The notes under the pieces: generated by a model
Told to the model about the DNA's origin: nothing
The model's input: the letters and a program-made list of their open reading frames with translations, nothing else
Database searches by the model: none
NCBI GenBank assembly: GCA_002104905.1
Contig: MCFE01000139.1
Location: 1 to 64,000, forward strand
Direction of reading: 5' to 3'
Source of the DNA: Basidiobolus meristosporus CBS 931.73
Taxonomy: Eukaryota > Fungi > Basidiobolomycota
Length of the DNA stretch: 64,000 nt
Made by a program: the position numbers and the translations under genes
Shown: piece after piece, positions 25,854-39,781 of the stretch
Layout: every line of letters starts with the position of its first letter
Position numbering within the stretch: position 1 is the stretch's first letter

Positions 25854-28800
25854 CGAAAGTAGGCGCCTTTATGTGCCACTGCTCCTAGCCTGCTCTCTAA
25901 TCGTTTCAGTTGGCTTGAGAGGCGGAGCTATGATTTTTATTAACCGAATTCTCCAAATATCGGCCTATTTGGAAGTTCGTGCAGTGTGAATAGCATAGGA
26001 GCGAGTGAGCTGCTAGTCCGGTTCACTGTAATCTTTATAAATGACAGTAGGAACCATGTCCTATCCAGCAACTAGTCAGTGTGATATAGATTCAAATGGC
26101 CTGGAAATAAAACCCTTTTCACCTTGCGGCAGGCTATGGAGTATGATGATTCCGGGATGGCACCTTTTGGGGAGGAGATCTCTCCCAGAATGATAAGACT
26201 ATTGTTTGTAGATGTTGGGGGACGGAAGACGGTGGCGTGCATACCCTTGTTTGGTTGTCGACAAGCGGCAGCTTCAAGAGGATAAAATTTGAATGCTAAG
26301 GGCACGGCCTCCGTACCTTACACTGGGTCAGGGATGCGCTTGATTTACGGATCTCTAGTCTGCTTACATGAATGGTGGTAAAGAAAAAATCAGATCGATA
26401 GGACTGAAAGCCTAGGCTGCTGATGAGTGTTGCGACCTTAGAGGTATGGGTGTGGTGAGCACTAGCGAAAGAACCCCGTCTGATTCATTCTTGCATTTGG
26501 ATCACATTTGACGGATCAGACTTGGTAGGTGAGGCAATATCACTGGGTTGCTTTGGTTTCAGTGAATTAAACCACATCCAAGTCATCCCTCATTACTTGC
26601 GCCCCTTAAGAATCCATCATACATTTGTGTAACAGGAAGCTAGGTTTGATGAATTGGTTTAATTTACTGCGTTGACAACCACCGAGAATCGAGAATGGCC
26701 AAGGGATTTTGCAGGAATATCTCTCACCATGTCGCAGCGCACCCTGAATAGTACCCGTTAGCGACGCAGCAGCGCTCTTGATATCGGAGCCATTGTTCCT
26801 ATAGGGTTGCAATCCAACTAAAAATGGAGGTAGTAAATATTTACGCGCCTACAGAGCCAATAGTCTTCCGAGCGAGGGCTAAAATGTGGAAGATTTCTTA
26901 TGATGGTAACCCAACGAAACACTAGAGCGTGGGTGAGCCCGATTAAGCATCCTTGGTAACTTCAATGTTTCCGCCACGTCTGCAAGAACTGCCCACCTTA
27001 CATTTTCGGCACCTGCTAAAGACGGCAAAGTCCTACTCTAAACATGAACAGCAATGGGCCGCGCATCACGTGGATTTCCCGGTACGACTCGCGAGGAAAT
27101 AGACTTTCTTGAAATTCCAAATGAACCATGTAGAGAGGATCCTCTAACATATCTTTGTTAGATCCATGTACGGGTGCACATGCAATCGAATTTATATTTG
27201 GTTCGGCCCTCACCGATCTCTCTGGGCACTCGATTGTCCCTATAGTTTGGGCACCAATCTGATGCTCGTCAGGGTAACACATGACATAGTTGCTATACTC
27301 ATATTTACCATTTGGACTCACGCGTACTTCAGTGCATTGTACCTCGGGTGGATTGGGTTAGTACGGAACCCTTGGTGGTCACATGTCCATACGCATATGC
27401 ATACACTGGGCTCATTGGACCATGGGAGCGGTGCAACATCAAGGGCATATACAAGATGGTTGGTAGCAGGAAGATTAAATCTGGGTGTCTACATCTAAAT
27501 TGGTACGAGTCTCTGATTAAACATGGGTAGTTGGGGGAGGAGTACCAGCCAACCTGGCTGCACGAAATTTCCAGGAAGGTTCCATGAAGATGAGCAGCCG
27601 AATCTTAAGTATTACAGGTCCACCAAACTCGGTAATTTCAAAACCTGTTTGTGGAGCCCGCTTCTCACGGCTGGGGCTCATTCAGCCCAAAGGTAGTGTG
27701 GGCACGATGGCCATTGGCTCCTATCAACCTTGATACAATCCCCTCCTCGTATCCCAAGGCAGCAAAGCCGGTAGGGCAGCTTGAAGTCGCCTTTCATAGC
27801 CAATACTTGCATAAGCGGGCCTTCATAGACCCCTATTCACAGTCAGGAACATCCATTACTTCAAGCCCTATGATAAAAGCGACGTACAGGATGCAGGCCC
27901 TTCAAAACAAGGACCTCCATCCACCGTCCATCGTCCACCATCTCACCACCAAGCGGCGAAACCGGAAGACGGTTCCACATTTTCATCTCGAAGGGGAGGG
28001 CCTGGGCTCAAGCACCTCCAAGATTCCTGAACTCGACTGGTACAAATCAGCCTTGCTCAAATTCACCTCCCCATTCAATCGATCCTAGTCTCTCACACCA
28101 ATTCTAGAGGAACACTTCGAATTTTTCGGAAGTGATCCTATACTGTACCCGGGGAATCTGGCCCACCCTTATGGCAGGTCGATTCCCTGGACCAAGCTCA
28201 GTATCGGCGTAGTATTCATGGTATTATACTTGGGCTACGAATGCGGTATCTCGGAAATCAATATCGGATTGAAGGTGGCAGCTGAGAGTGGTAGCCACAC
28301 TCGCTCACCACTACCCATGGCATTTCTGAGATCAGTCATGACAAATCACCAAACACAGATGGAGGAAAGTTTGACTCACTTGATATTAACAGTAAGTAGT
28401 ACATCTTTCAACAGGCTTCACCGGGATGTGATTCCATAAGGTGGACTTCGATATCCGTCGCTCCAATGAATCTCCCAGTATAGCGTAGGAAATGTATCCA
28501 TAATTGGACCCCAGGTCAACTAACCTGGAACCATCGGGCGATCCAGTGATCTCTCCAACCCACCACCCTATTGGTTGTGATCCTTCTGACGCACGTGATT
28601 CTCAAATGTTCGTTTCTCCGCCCGTCGTCAAAGCCCACCTTTCCACTAGAACGAATAATCCCACTTCATCAGAGGGTCCTACCAACTGCCGATAGTGGGT
28701 GATCACATCCATGGATTAATTTAACTTAATCTGCCAACAAACCATCTTCCTATTTGAAATCAATGGTGGTGAGTCGATCTTACAGGAGGTGAAAAGAAAC

Positions 28801-31800
28801 CCGTGTTAGCAGGAAGCGGCACCCCTATGTATCGACCTATCACATCTAGATTAGCCCTTGGCACTCCCAATGGAGCGGGCGGGTGATCTGGAGAGGTCGG
28901 ATCCAAGATTACCAACCTATATTTAGCCAAGCTCATGAAAATTCCCATGCTGCCGTTATTGTAAACCCACAGACAATGCTCATAATGTACCTATGTTGAA
29001 TCTGAGCAGCCTAGGATCCACCCACACGAATGGCATCCTTTGTCTTGTGGATGTTGCACAAAGATCGTCCGACTACAACCGGGTCGAAACTTGTACTACA
29101 ATAGAACAGAGCACTGAGAGACCACGAATGGGTTCCCCTAGGTGCACACTAATTCTACAGCCGGTTATCATTGGGCTGGATATGCATCAGAAATGGCCAG
29201 CTGCAATGTATTTCAATGGAGAATGCCTGTCCCGCCTGCGGCTACTCCAGAGGAGCTTCTGGCATTGTATGCTAGCGGGTTAATAGCGAGGTCTTTTAGC
29301 TGATGTCCAATACCGAGATTTCCAATACGTGACCAGGTCACCCCTTCCTTGTCCTGCTGATCAGAGTCTCTCAAGGTGGTTGCTTCCTTCTTCGCCTTGT
29401 TTCACCTATTTGTCAAACAGATAGTTTCCCTGATGCACTTGATAGCTATCCCCTCGTGTGCAATTCGTAACCATCTTGGAGAGAACTGCGCATAGCGTAT
29501 GGAACGTATGACGGATGTCATCTGTGGCATACATCGAAATGCCAGAATGTGACGATTCGTCGTGGCTGACGTGGACGCGACCGGTAAAACCGAAACTTAG
29601 GACGGGACGGAATAGGGGCGGCTTTGTGGCGGGGAGAAGGGGAGGGGGGAATTTCCATGTTCCCACTGCTGACTGAGCAACCTAGTCTCACCGATGGAGA
29701 TGTGCTTTGGAAGAAATCAATGAGTTCGGGCACTGGCAGATGAAAACTATGGGAATTTCTCGAGCTCTGCAGAACCTCTTTCAAAGATCGATTGCCAATT
29801 GGGGTTTCCGTGTAACTATGTGAGAAGTGCGTGAGTTGCAACGACATGAGTTGTTAGTCCTTATGCTTAATGCAAGGAGTATTGGTCACCATTCGCCACT
29901 GAATCAAGGAATTAGACGGGACGTACCTCATCGGGACGCGTGGTTTCCAGTAGGAATTCCGTTCCAAGGGAGTATCAGGCGTAGAACCTCACTGATCACA
30001 GCTTTCAATTATCTGCTGGGCTCCCTAAATCAGGTATCCACGTTATAGGTAGTGTGCTGGCTACGAAATCTTGCTAAAAGGATTTCACCGAACGGCGGCT
30101 CAATATGTGGTTCACAAATGGTTAAATGAATATGCCATTCCATGTTTGATCGCCCTTTAATAAAGCTTGGAAATCAAGCTCATTGTCCAAACATTGATAT
30201 AGAACAGTCATCTTTGGGCATTGAGTCGGTTCGTTCGGACAATAGTGTCGCCCAGAAGGACCCATGGCAGGGTTGATGGGGCCCATAAATTGATACTTCG
30301 TATGAGGTAGAGCACCTGATGTGCCATGTTGCCTGGTGCAAATATCTTGGGTTTTAAGAAGCTACATAGGAAGAAGCTTCAAATGCATGGTACAGAGTCA
30401 GGTCTCAAAGCTCAAATGGGTTTCCATTCGTCGAATAAGGCATTGACCTGTAAACCGCGGCTTTTTCACTGTCGGAATACACCGGGGTGAGCTACCAATA
30501 CCGACAAAGTGCCTTTTCTGAGTTCAAGTGCTGAATCACATGTAGGTAGCGTAAACATACCCAGTTCCATATTTCCATGCCTTCTAATCATCTCTACTAA
30601 ACGCTTTCATTACAAATTGACGGGGTTTCAACAGAGGGGTGGTACTTGTTTCAAACGATTAGTCATGTATCTTGGTTTTGTACTCGTCATTCGCTGTCTA
30701 ATATGAATTGGATGCTCCTCAGAGCCATGTAGGAATCGAAAAGGTTGAAGCCTTCAGCGCTATCCAGAAGCCCGAGCTTTATACACATCTTTTCAAGCAC
30801 TTTTACTTCATAGCCAGGGCACAATACATCATTATCTGCCACATCTAATGGTCAGAGATTCTACACAATAGCCACCATGATTAACTAAACCATGGATTAG
30901 TTAAATGAAAGTGTGGCCTCTACTTATTGGCTAACTACGTTGCAATACTATAGTAATGCTTTTTGCAAAACTTTGTTAGGATTAAGGTCAGGCTAGAACC
31001 TTATGTGCATAGCGTACAGAGGAGGAGCCTATATTATATAAACAATATAGGGATAGTCAGTTGTGAAAGAAATTATGAGAAATTTATCATGTCTTTGATT
31101 AGTATCCTTAGCACGATATTCATAACATGTCAAGTAAAGTAAGAAAAGTCGTATATTACTTAGCAGAGATCTATGGAAGTTCTTGTTTTGGGGATGCATA
31201 TAGGTATGCCTAGAAATATAATATATAATAAAAGTGTGGAGCTTTTTGTCTTTACAGGGTCTTGGTAAAAATACTTCACAGTGCTTAGTCGAAGGAAAGC
31301 CATTGTCATGAAATTTCAAGTTGAAATATTTCACCAGCCATCCTTAGCAGCTAGGGCTTTCATGTCTTATGATATATATCCTCATTGATGTTTGGAATAC
31401 CGAATATCAATCTAGACCATGGTTTGCATTTTATCTACCTTGCTGGAGAGCAGAAATCTCAGATATGAATACGCTATTATAATAGAACTGCAGAATAGGC
31501 AAGCAACACTGCAATGGACTGCTAAACATTCTCCCCCTAGTAAAATATAAAGCATAACATTCATCATAAAGCAAGTGTTGCAAACCTGTTGACCATTTCT
31601 CACACGTCTAAATCAGATGGTATTGTGTGATCTCTTAAATTACTAGTACAGAAATCAAGCAAAATCCATTAATCAAAATCTCAGGTAGAGTGTGAATTGC
31701 TGGAAGTGGCAGTGGAAGCTTGAAAAAAATTTGGAGTATTTAGAAGAAGGCGCGGGTTTTTACCTGCTGTACTTGACTTTGAAGCTCAAGGATAAACAAT

Positions 31801-34319
31801 AAAGCCTCAATATTCTCTTTTAGAAACATCATAAATTATATACTATATATAGCGAATAGTAATATAGAAATAGTGTGAGCCATTTTAGGATAGACGAATA
31901 TATGCATCATATATTTCTACTTACGAGATTAATTAGCAAGCTACAGTGGATCCGAAAGCCATCCCAACTGTGACTAATGTAGTTATCCTAATGAGCACCA
32001 TAGTTAGTGTAAAATACTTTGATATATACGACCTCCCATCAATACTTGCTAATTTCAAAGGATATCTAGTAATAGATCTACAGTTCTTGTAGAGGACCAT
32101 ACAGGAAAGGTAAGAAAGCCAACCAAAAAGAAGAGGATTTGAAGTTTGAAATTGTTCCTGAACTGAAAGAACACTCAGCAGTTTGCCGTGTTGCAGGCGG
32201 CTTATTTTACCTTACGATTCCAATGAATGAGCCCCAAGACAGGACTAGAACACTAAATGTGTGGTTGTCACAGGCACTTAAAATGGTGACCATGTAGGCT
32301 TCTAAGACTAGCAATCATCAAATAAGTAATTAAACCTAGAATCAAAGTACAGTACCTTTGGGAGGCAGCATTCAAGCCACATTCTGCCAGGCATGAAACA
32401 TACTGCAGGTTCTTAGAGGCAAATCCGATACGACACTCCAACCTTATAGTGCCCCTAGTTCACCAACGTAAAGTTGGTTCGACAAGCCAACCACAAAATA
32501 AGGGTATCCGAAAGCGTCCACCATCCTCAAGTGATTCGTACATACTTGGACCTCGCCCGTTGCCAGTGTTGGCAAGTCTTAAATCCTAATTCGACGGAAT
32601 TACATGATCTCGCTGCTCTAAAATGCAAACATTTGCACTCGCCCAACGCAGCTTAAAGAGGGGATGGTTGGTTGTTACTGTAACGCAGAAAGCCATAAAC
32701 ATGAAAAGGGAGGCAAACAATCAAGTGCAACCTAAGAGCACATTGCAAGTGGTACGCAGTGCCACCGGAGTGGAGTTCAAACACATCCAGCTTCATGTGA
32801 TTTCTACCAAGAGCCGAAAACTAAATCGCAGTGCAACAGGAAAACATGATGTCCGTATGCTCAACTTCGATCCAGAGTTAACAGTGTAAAACCTGTCGCA
32901 CACGCTATGATACACCAGTGTTGGGCATTTGTATGTTCCTAAGGGATAGGAACCCAACCGTTGAAATCGCCTGGCTCATCGGAAGGTGAAGGATCATCGA
33001 AATGCTCCGATGCGATACATAGCTATTTCATATATTTGTGCAGCACTGATCCCATGTATGGCCAAACCATCACCGAGATGCCAACTGGGAGATACTTCTT
33101 GGATCCGCCAACAGAAATATTTCTCCTCGTCTGATCGCTGCTCATTGGTGAGGCTACTACATAATCAATCATCTCCGCAGAAATCTATTCAGATGCGTTG
33201 GGCAATAGGACAACCTACGTTGCACAAACATTGCCAATGTGTTTTCGTGTAACACGGATTTCTAGTGATTCAACATAACATACCTAATCCAACAGCAAGT
33301 GTCAAACACATATCCAAAAAGAGTGGCAACCAAATGAATCGAAAATCCATGGAAATGGCAATGATTTGAGCCATAATGGGTCATCATGTAGCACAGTAGG
33401 AAGATTGCTTCTCCACCAAGTAAGGCAAAATTGATGATTTCTTTGGCCATGGCTGCTCACGGGTTGCATCAACTATGAGCTTATAAGCAGTTACATGAAA
33501 TTGATGTGTTTGGCACCAGTATTAGCTACGCTCACTATGTGGCCAACGAATTTGATATCAGAGAGCCTCAGAATCCATAGCGCTTAGCGATACATTCTTT
33601 GTCATGAAGGCTCTTGGTTAATCAGAACCTAGACCCAAGGTTGGGGATCCAATTGGATGCTCCGCCGCATTCGGTATCCAGCAGCTGTATATTATATTGC
33701 TGTTAGATGATGCAACAATGTAGATGCATCTGCTTTGCCCAGACTGCATTCTTCAACGCCTCCGGTTGTGTGGAGGAGTCGCAGCGGACCGTCAAGTGGA
33801 AGCCCACTGATACTGATGCTTGTTAATTACACAATCTCAGTGGCCACTTAAAATGGTCATTGGCGCGCAACGGATTTACTCTCCGGTCTACATATCTGAA
33901 TTGTATCTTAACTGGCGCTGCCTGACCATAAACATCCAGAGAGGCTCCAAATTGGTGTGCGCATCATCGGACAATACGGATTTTACCAGATCAACCAAAT
34001 CTCATTACTCTGAAAGGATCAACCATTGGTCTAGTCCTATTGTTGGATGTTCCATTGTAAAAATAGCTAGGAATCAAGCTGCCTCTATATGTTTAGAAAC
34101 AGTTTCGATGCGATGTGTCCTGTGGATCAATTAGATTATAATAGAGCCATCAAAATTGCTGAGTCCCATGTGACTCAGATGAGCCGCCTCCGAAGTGTTT
34201 ATTAACCACCAGATTGCCCCACTTCGAAGTATTCAGCTTTTTCGTCTCTTATTGTCCTCCCATCTCATTAATCTTCCTCCACCGCCTTTCTAATCTCTAA
34301 TCCGCACATTCTTGCTAAC

Positions 34320-34784
34320 ATGAAGCTTACTTCCGTCTTGCTTGTTTCCATCGTTGGCGCCGCTAGCGCTGCCGAGAACTTCGCCCCGGAGCTTCCAGCT
34401 AATAGCACATGCATTGGAAACTTTGCCAACACCTACGTTACCTGTCGTTCCAACGCTCTCAAGGATCCTTGTCTCTCAAATGACTACTTCTGTAACTGCC
34501 GTCAGTCGCAATCTCTTGCTACATGCATCGGCTATTGCCAATCTGATCCCAACATCTACTCCAATCTTCCTCGTCAACAAGCCGAGACCGAGAAATGGTG
34601 CCCTCTTGTCACCAGCACCCCAACCCCAAGTCCTACCGCCACTACCACCAACCCAGGCACTACCAGTGCCTCTGGTACCCCCCAAAAAACCAACATCCTC
34701 AGCGGTAGCTCAAGCCTCTTTGACCGCACCACATTGTCTAGCATTACTTTGGCACTTTTCGGATTGACTTACATGCTCTTCTAG
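34320..34784 (+). CDS. Small secreted 8-cysteine, Ser/Thr-rich, probably GPI-anchored protein (CFEM-like), 154 aa
   Basis: Signal peptide; C31-x10-C-x8-C-x6-CxC-x8-C-x3-C-x20-C94; Thr/Pro-rich stalk; SGSSS omega-like region; hydrophobic C-terminus. Confidence 0.8.
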   Translation: MKLTSVLLVSIVGAASAAENFAPELPANSTCIGNFANTYVTCRSNALKDPCLSNDYFCNCRQSQSLATCIGYCQSDPNIYSNLPRQQAETEKWCPLVTSTPTPSPTATTTNPGTTSASGTPQKTNILSGSSSLFDRTTLSSITLALFGLTYMLF

Positions 34785-37246
34785 AGAGTGAAATTTGGGT
34801 GCTGTGGGCCAAAATACCGTACATAACCATTCATCTCACCAATCTTAATGAGACTTTTCGTATATTCTACCAGTCATTTCCCTAATAAAGTAAGCATCGA
34901 GGTCACTTGAGCACCAACATGCTCTCCCACGTATTCAGTCAACTGCCCAATCGTTTTAAAGCTCGAAGCTCAAGAGGGGAGGGGAGTTTCCGGAGGAATA
35001 TTCACATGAGCGGGAGCGGTGGGTGACGCCATTCGAATGGAATTCCATCACCTAAGCAAGCCCACCGGAGTATTAGGTGCAATGGATTTATGGGCATGTG
35101 CAACCGCCTTATCTGTTACACAGAACCTTGGGGATTCCCCGTCTGGCTGAGAAGTGGGAAGTAGTGCAAATCCGTAGCCTCCATGTCGCCTAATCCGGGG
35201 TGCAAGTATACCCTTCCTGAGCGCTGCAATATTCGTTTGATTTCGTTGGCGTCATCCATATGCTGGTCACCCGACCTAGACCTAGTGATAGGCTACCTCG
35301 ACAATGTATCCCTTGGGTGAAGTTCACCCTACCCGTATATTTGCCACCACCCACACGATGGCTCGGTAATTACCCCGTGTCGAGGAAACCGGCCTGAGGA
35401 GGGTTGTAATGGATGGGTCACAGCAAGAGAATCATCTGAGTGCAATAATCAGCTAGGAGTAGCTGCGGAGTTTGAAGGAAGAATGTGTAATGGCTTAGTG
35501 GAGATGGCTGGTAACGTTGCTGCGTGAGTTGCATCAAGTCGCAGAGTAGAGGACATCCCAAACTTGGCTTGATCGAATTTGTTTCTCCGCAGGGCTAGGG
35601 CATATTACTATAGTGACGAGATGGCAGACTCAATCGATCATGGTAGTGCTAGGGTTACCAATTCCCTACACCCATTCTTCCTTTGGACACTCCGTGACAT
35701 CATCCATCTAACAGATTCGTAATGGTCGGCCTCACTAAAAAAAGGCAGGTAGACAGTGAAACCGAGCCCAGGCAAAGCGAAATGGATTGGAAGAATTATT
35801 CTTGGATTTCGATGACTTGGTTTCATATACGCCATCCAAACAATATGGCGTCTATGAGTGATCAGGTGGCTTGCTGGAAGATGAGCAGTGCCACCCGCAT
35901 CTGTAATATGGCTAGCGATGGCTTTAGTTTCTTTCGTTTTCCAATTGGTACTAGGGGACTTATTCCAGTACAGACACTATGCTCTGAAACCTCAGGTTTG
36001 GCATTTCCACGTTCTGGTTCCCCAGCAGTAACTCAATTGGAATTTGGCCAAGAGAGAATGTAGTTGACTTCCTCAATTGTATCTTGTCCTTACTCCCACG
36101 TGATTAGATACCAGGATATGATAGGAGGAATGCACGAGCATTAAGGGGTCAGGGGCGGAGATCACCATGGTCGGATACGCAAATCCATGCGTATGAGAGT
36201 ATGTTGCTTTGATATCGTTGAGGATTAATTACTAAGTATTAACAAAGCGAAGGGGTACAGGCACATATGGATAACAAAAATTGGGTTGTTTTTATCGTTT
36301 TAAAATCAAGTCCAATATCTCTTCCCACTGAACTTTATAGTTAGAGCGGCCATACTGGTCAGTTATGATATGAACTTGATCCGGAAGAGATTGGGTGGGG
36401 TTGTTTCAGGCTTGGGTTTAGTAATTGTTGTCATTGAGCACCATCATCGCATCACAGTTAATTGATCTACAAAGACTGACGAAAAATAAATGTATGGATC
36501 AATTCACCTTAGTCAATACATAGACATTGATTCACTGAAAAAGAATAAAAGTGCTGGACCGTGCACAATAGATAGAAGCTGTATGTCTTGTTTATGCATT
36601 TTTAATTGGATGCTGATAAATCAGGATGAAACAGTATGTGTGGGGAGGGGGCTAAAGTGAACAAGAGGCAAATGGAGAAGAGTGCGTTGGTGAAAGTGAG
36701 TGAGAGGAGTTACGAATGGGGGTGTGGAGTTTAAAAAGATCGCCTCTGCATAGTCCCTCTTGAGCTGAGGTCAAGTGCTCATTAGGTCCAATATAAGATG
36801 TCAATGTGGCAGGGATCACGGACGTTGGGCGCAAATTTCAACGCCACGTATGTGCAGGTATGAGCATGACACTCTAAATAACCCATACTATCTTCATCGT
36901 TCTCTGCGATTTACGCGGCAGTTACAGTTTGCCGCATCATTTGTCACGCTATGATACAGGATAGTCTTTGAATAAAAAAGGGTAAGCAAGGGTCAGTGCC
37001 CTTCTTCCTTTCTGCACTCCTGTATATCTCCTCTCTCTATATTTGCATTAGGTCTTGAGCAGCCCTTCATGATTGCTGCACTCTTCAGGGGGTCTGACCT
37101 CCATGCACTTTAGTGCGTTCTTTCCGCCGTCTGTCTCAGAAGGTAAAGTGAATATAAATGAGAAGGATTTGTGACGACATGATCATTGTCCACTTCTCTC
37201 CACTGTCTTCACTCAGACACTTTCGACCATCTAGGTATAAAGTGAT

Positions 37247-38500
37247 ATGGTGTCTGCAGCTCTTGCATCCTTCCTCTTTCTCATCGGACTCCAATGTGCT
37301 ATTACATTACCCACCGCTGAATTGCCGCAGCAGCTCGCGAAGAGGCAAATTCCCCCGACATGCAATGGCCAGGTGACCCCAGCCTGTATACAGGCACTGT
37401 ATGGAGTTCCATCGAGCAGAGCTAAGGATGCAAAAAATACCATCGTGGTTGCTGGCTTTCTCAACGAGTTCGCTAACAAGGCAGATTTGGCAATATTTCT
37501 ACGAGACATGCGCCCCGATCTCACCCCGGCTCCAACTTTTACTGAGATGTTCATTGATGGTGGCCGGAACGACCAGAACGTCCCTTCCATAGAAGGCAAT
37601 CTAGGTGTGCAGTACACAGTGGGTTTGGCAAGTGGGGTACCGGTAACTTACTACTCTGTGGGGAGAAACGATGCAACAGGGTTGTTAAACCTTGCTCATG
37701 CCTTGCTTCAGCAAGCGGAACCGCCGTCGGTGCTGGTTATCACACATACATTCGATGAGAGTGGAATAGCCCCTAATGAAGCCAACAATTTGTGCAATGC
37801 CTTCATGCAGCTCACCGCCAGAGGAACCAGCATCATCACCGCATCGGGAGATGGAGGAGTTGCTGGCGCAGTCCCCAAAGAAACATGCACTGCATTTGTG
37901 CCGACATTCCCCTCAACCTGTCCTTATGTGACTAGTGTTGGAGGAACAAGAGGTGTTGCGGAAGCAGGGGCCACTCATTCAACCGGAGGGTTCTCAAATA
38001 TCTTTCAGCGACCCCAGTATCAAGCTGCAGCTGTGTCTTCGTATCTTCAATCGATCAGCGGTCAGTATCAAGGTCGGTTCTCACCCATGGGACGGGCGAT
38101 CCCGGACGTTTCAGCGCAGAGTCAAGACATCGTGATCGTCCACAAGGGAGCATTAGTCCAAGTCGATGGCACCAGCGCCAGTGCCCTGATATTTGGCTCG
38201 GTATGTACAGAATATTGGGATCTCTTAACTCCACAGTAGGCCACTTCTGTTAATCATCTGACATGTCGCCGTTAGGTCATTGCCCTTCTAAATGATGAGT
38301 TGATCACCCATGGGAAGCCAAAATTGGGTTTCTTAAATCCTCTGCTCTACAGCAAGGCCAATACGGCGCTAAATGACATCACCACCGGTAACAATCCTGG
38401 TTGTGGCACAAACGGATTTTCTGCCAGACAGGGGTGGGATCCTGTTACAGGCCTTGGGACACCAAACTACTACCATCTCAAAGCATCCATAGGGCTATAA
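37247..38500 (+). CDS. S53 sedolisin/tripeptidyl-peptidase-like protein lacking the prodomain, 2 exons, 392 aa
   Basis: Exons 37247-38200 and 38276-38500 (75-nt GTATGT...TAG intron). Signal peptide, KR site, then VTPACIQALY, SGDGG, FPSTCPYVTSVGGT, GGFS, GRAIPDVSA, GTSAS, LGFLNPLLY and GWDPVTGLGTP. Confidence 0.9.
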
Positions 38501-38986
38501 TAAGCTTACGTGTAGCAATGGAATGTTTGCATTAGGTGGGTAAGATAACCTGAAGATAACCAAGGATCGCCGGACAGGTAATAAAACTTGTGAGTAAATA
38601 AAGAAGTGTCTTTCAAAATCACTGGGTGAAATCAATCCTATACGTGTGCACAGTGCATTTCATAGTTCGGGCAGCCTCATGAATATTAGCTCACTGATCA
38701 TCATCGCACTCAGCAGCTTCTCATATCTTCATTGACTTTTGGCTTTTAGACTTTGGTATATATATAGCAATCCCTCCCTCGCATGCTGTAATAGATTTTA
38801 CTGTGCACCTTGCACTATGAAAAACAATTTGGCTCATGGATGGATCCAATCATAATTAGCCATCAGGATCACACCAGGAGACTGTTATAATACCGGCAAG
38901 TTGGAGTCTTACACCACTCCACAGATTTATGGCAGAATGTTGACTGCACTTCACAATCTGGACTGCCAAATATGATAGAAAAATTC

Positions 38987-39781
38987 AGTGCTCTGACAGC
39001 CTTGTGGCAGGTCTCTAATGACTGTTCTCTGGCCTTATGACAGTCAATAATGTTTAGGCAGTGCTAGGCTAGCCAATATATCTGGCTAAAGTGTATGGTC
39101 AAAATTTGACAGGTTTTTGAATGAACATGTTTTGTGCAATTGATACACTTCAATCATCTGCAACTTGCAGCTCTTCTGTGCAATACTTGCAAAGTCTCTA
39201 CATGCCTTCTATTGCTGTCAACATGTGTATCTTACAAGCATATGCTTGACTGCCACCACTTTGACCATGAATACCTCTTGGCTAGCAGCAAAATACTCCT
39301 CCATACTAAACCAATAGGTTCCAGCTCCTGACTGAATACTAGTTCCTCTCACAGGTGCACTCCCATCCTTTTTTGTGCATACCACATACTTAAAAGTGTA
39401 AAGATTGGCTTAAACCTGTCATGCACTTTGTAGTGTTGCAATATTCTAAGAGGCATTGCAAGTCATGTGGAGAACTAGAGGATTTACCTGTTATCCACTT
39501 GTAAATTTACTGATCAAAAGCATGGTATTTATATTTTGGATAAAGTAGAGCAAACAAACGTGGAGAGTTTGTTAAGAAAGGACCCAAGAATATGTGTGCA
39601 AAGCTTGGGGGCTTTGGACAACTTTGTGAAAGATCATAATCTGGGTACCTGATAATTTGGTGAAGATATTCCAAGTAAGTCCCAACAAGAACCTTGGCCA
39701 GGGCAGAATGCTAATCAACAAATAAGATCTACGTGATTAAGTTAGCATCCATATTTAGGTAACAACTTAATAATCACAACA
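38987..39781 (-). repeat. Copy 1 of a unit made of about 450 bp unidentified sequence plus a Copia-family LTR (LTR 39434-39781)
   Basis: Colinear with 42759-43545. The LTR has TGTTG...CAACA termini. To its right lies ctcccactc (PPT-like GAGTGGGAG on the minus strand), as beside the Copia 3' LTR at 52686. Confidence 0.75.

Noticed and set aside
27651-28088. 145-aa plus-strand ORF
   Set aside because: GTG start and no recognisable motif or splice structure.
37069-37246. Possible upstream exon that might supply the missing S53 prodomain
   Set aside because: The plausible splice (GTAAAG...CTAG) leads to an in-frame TGA before ATG 37247. The peptide is short and not prodomain-like, and a signal peptide starts at 37247.
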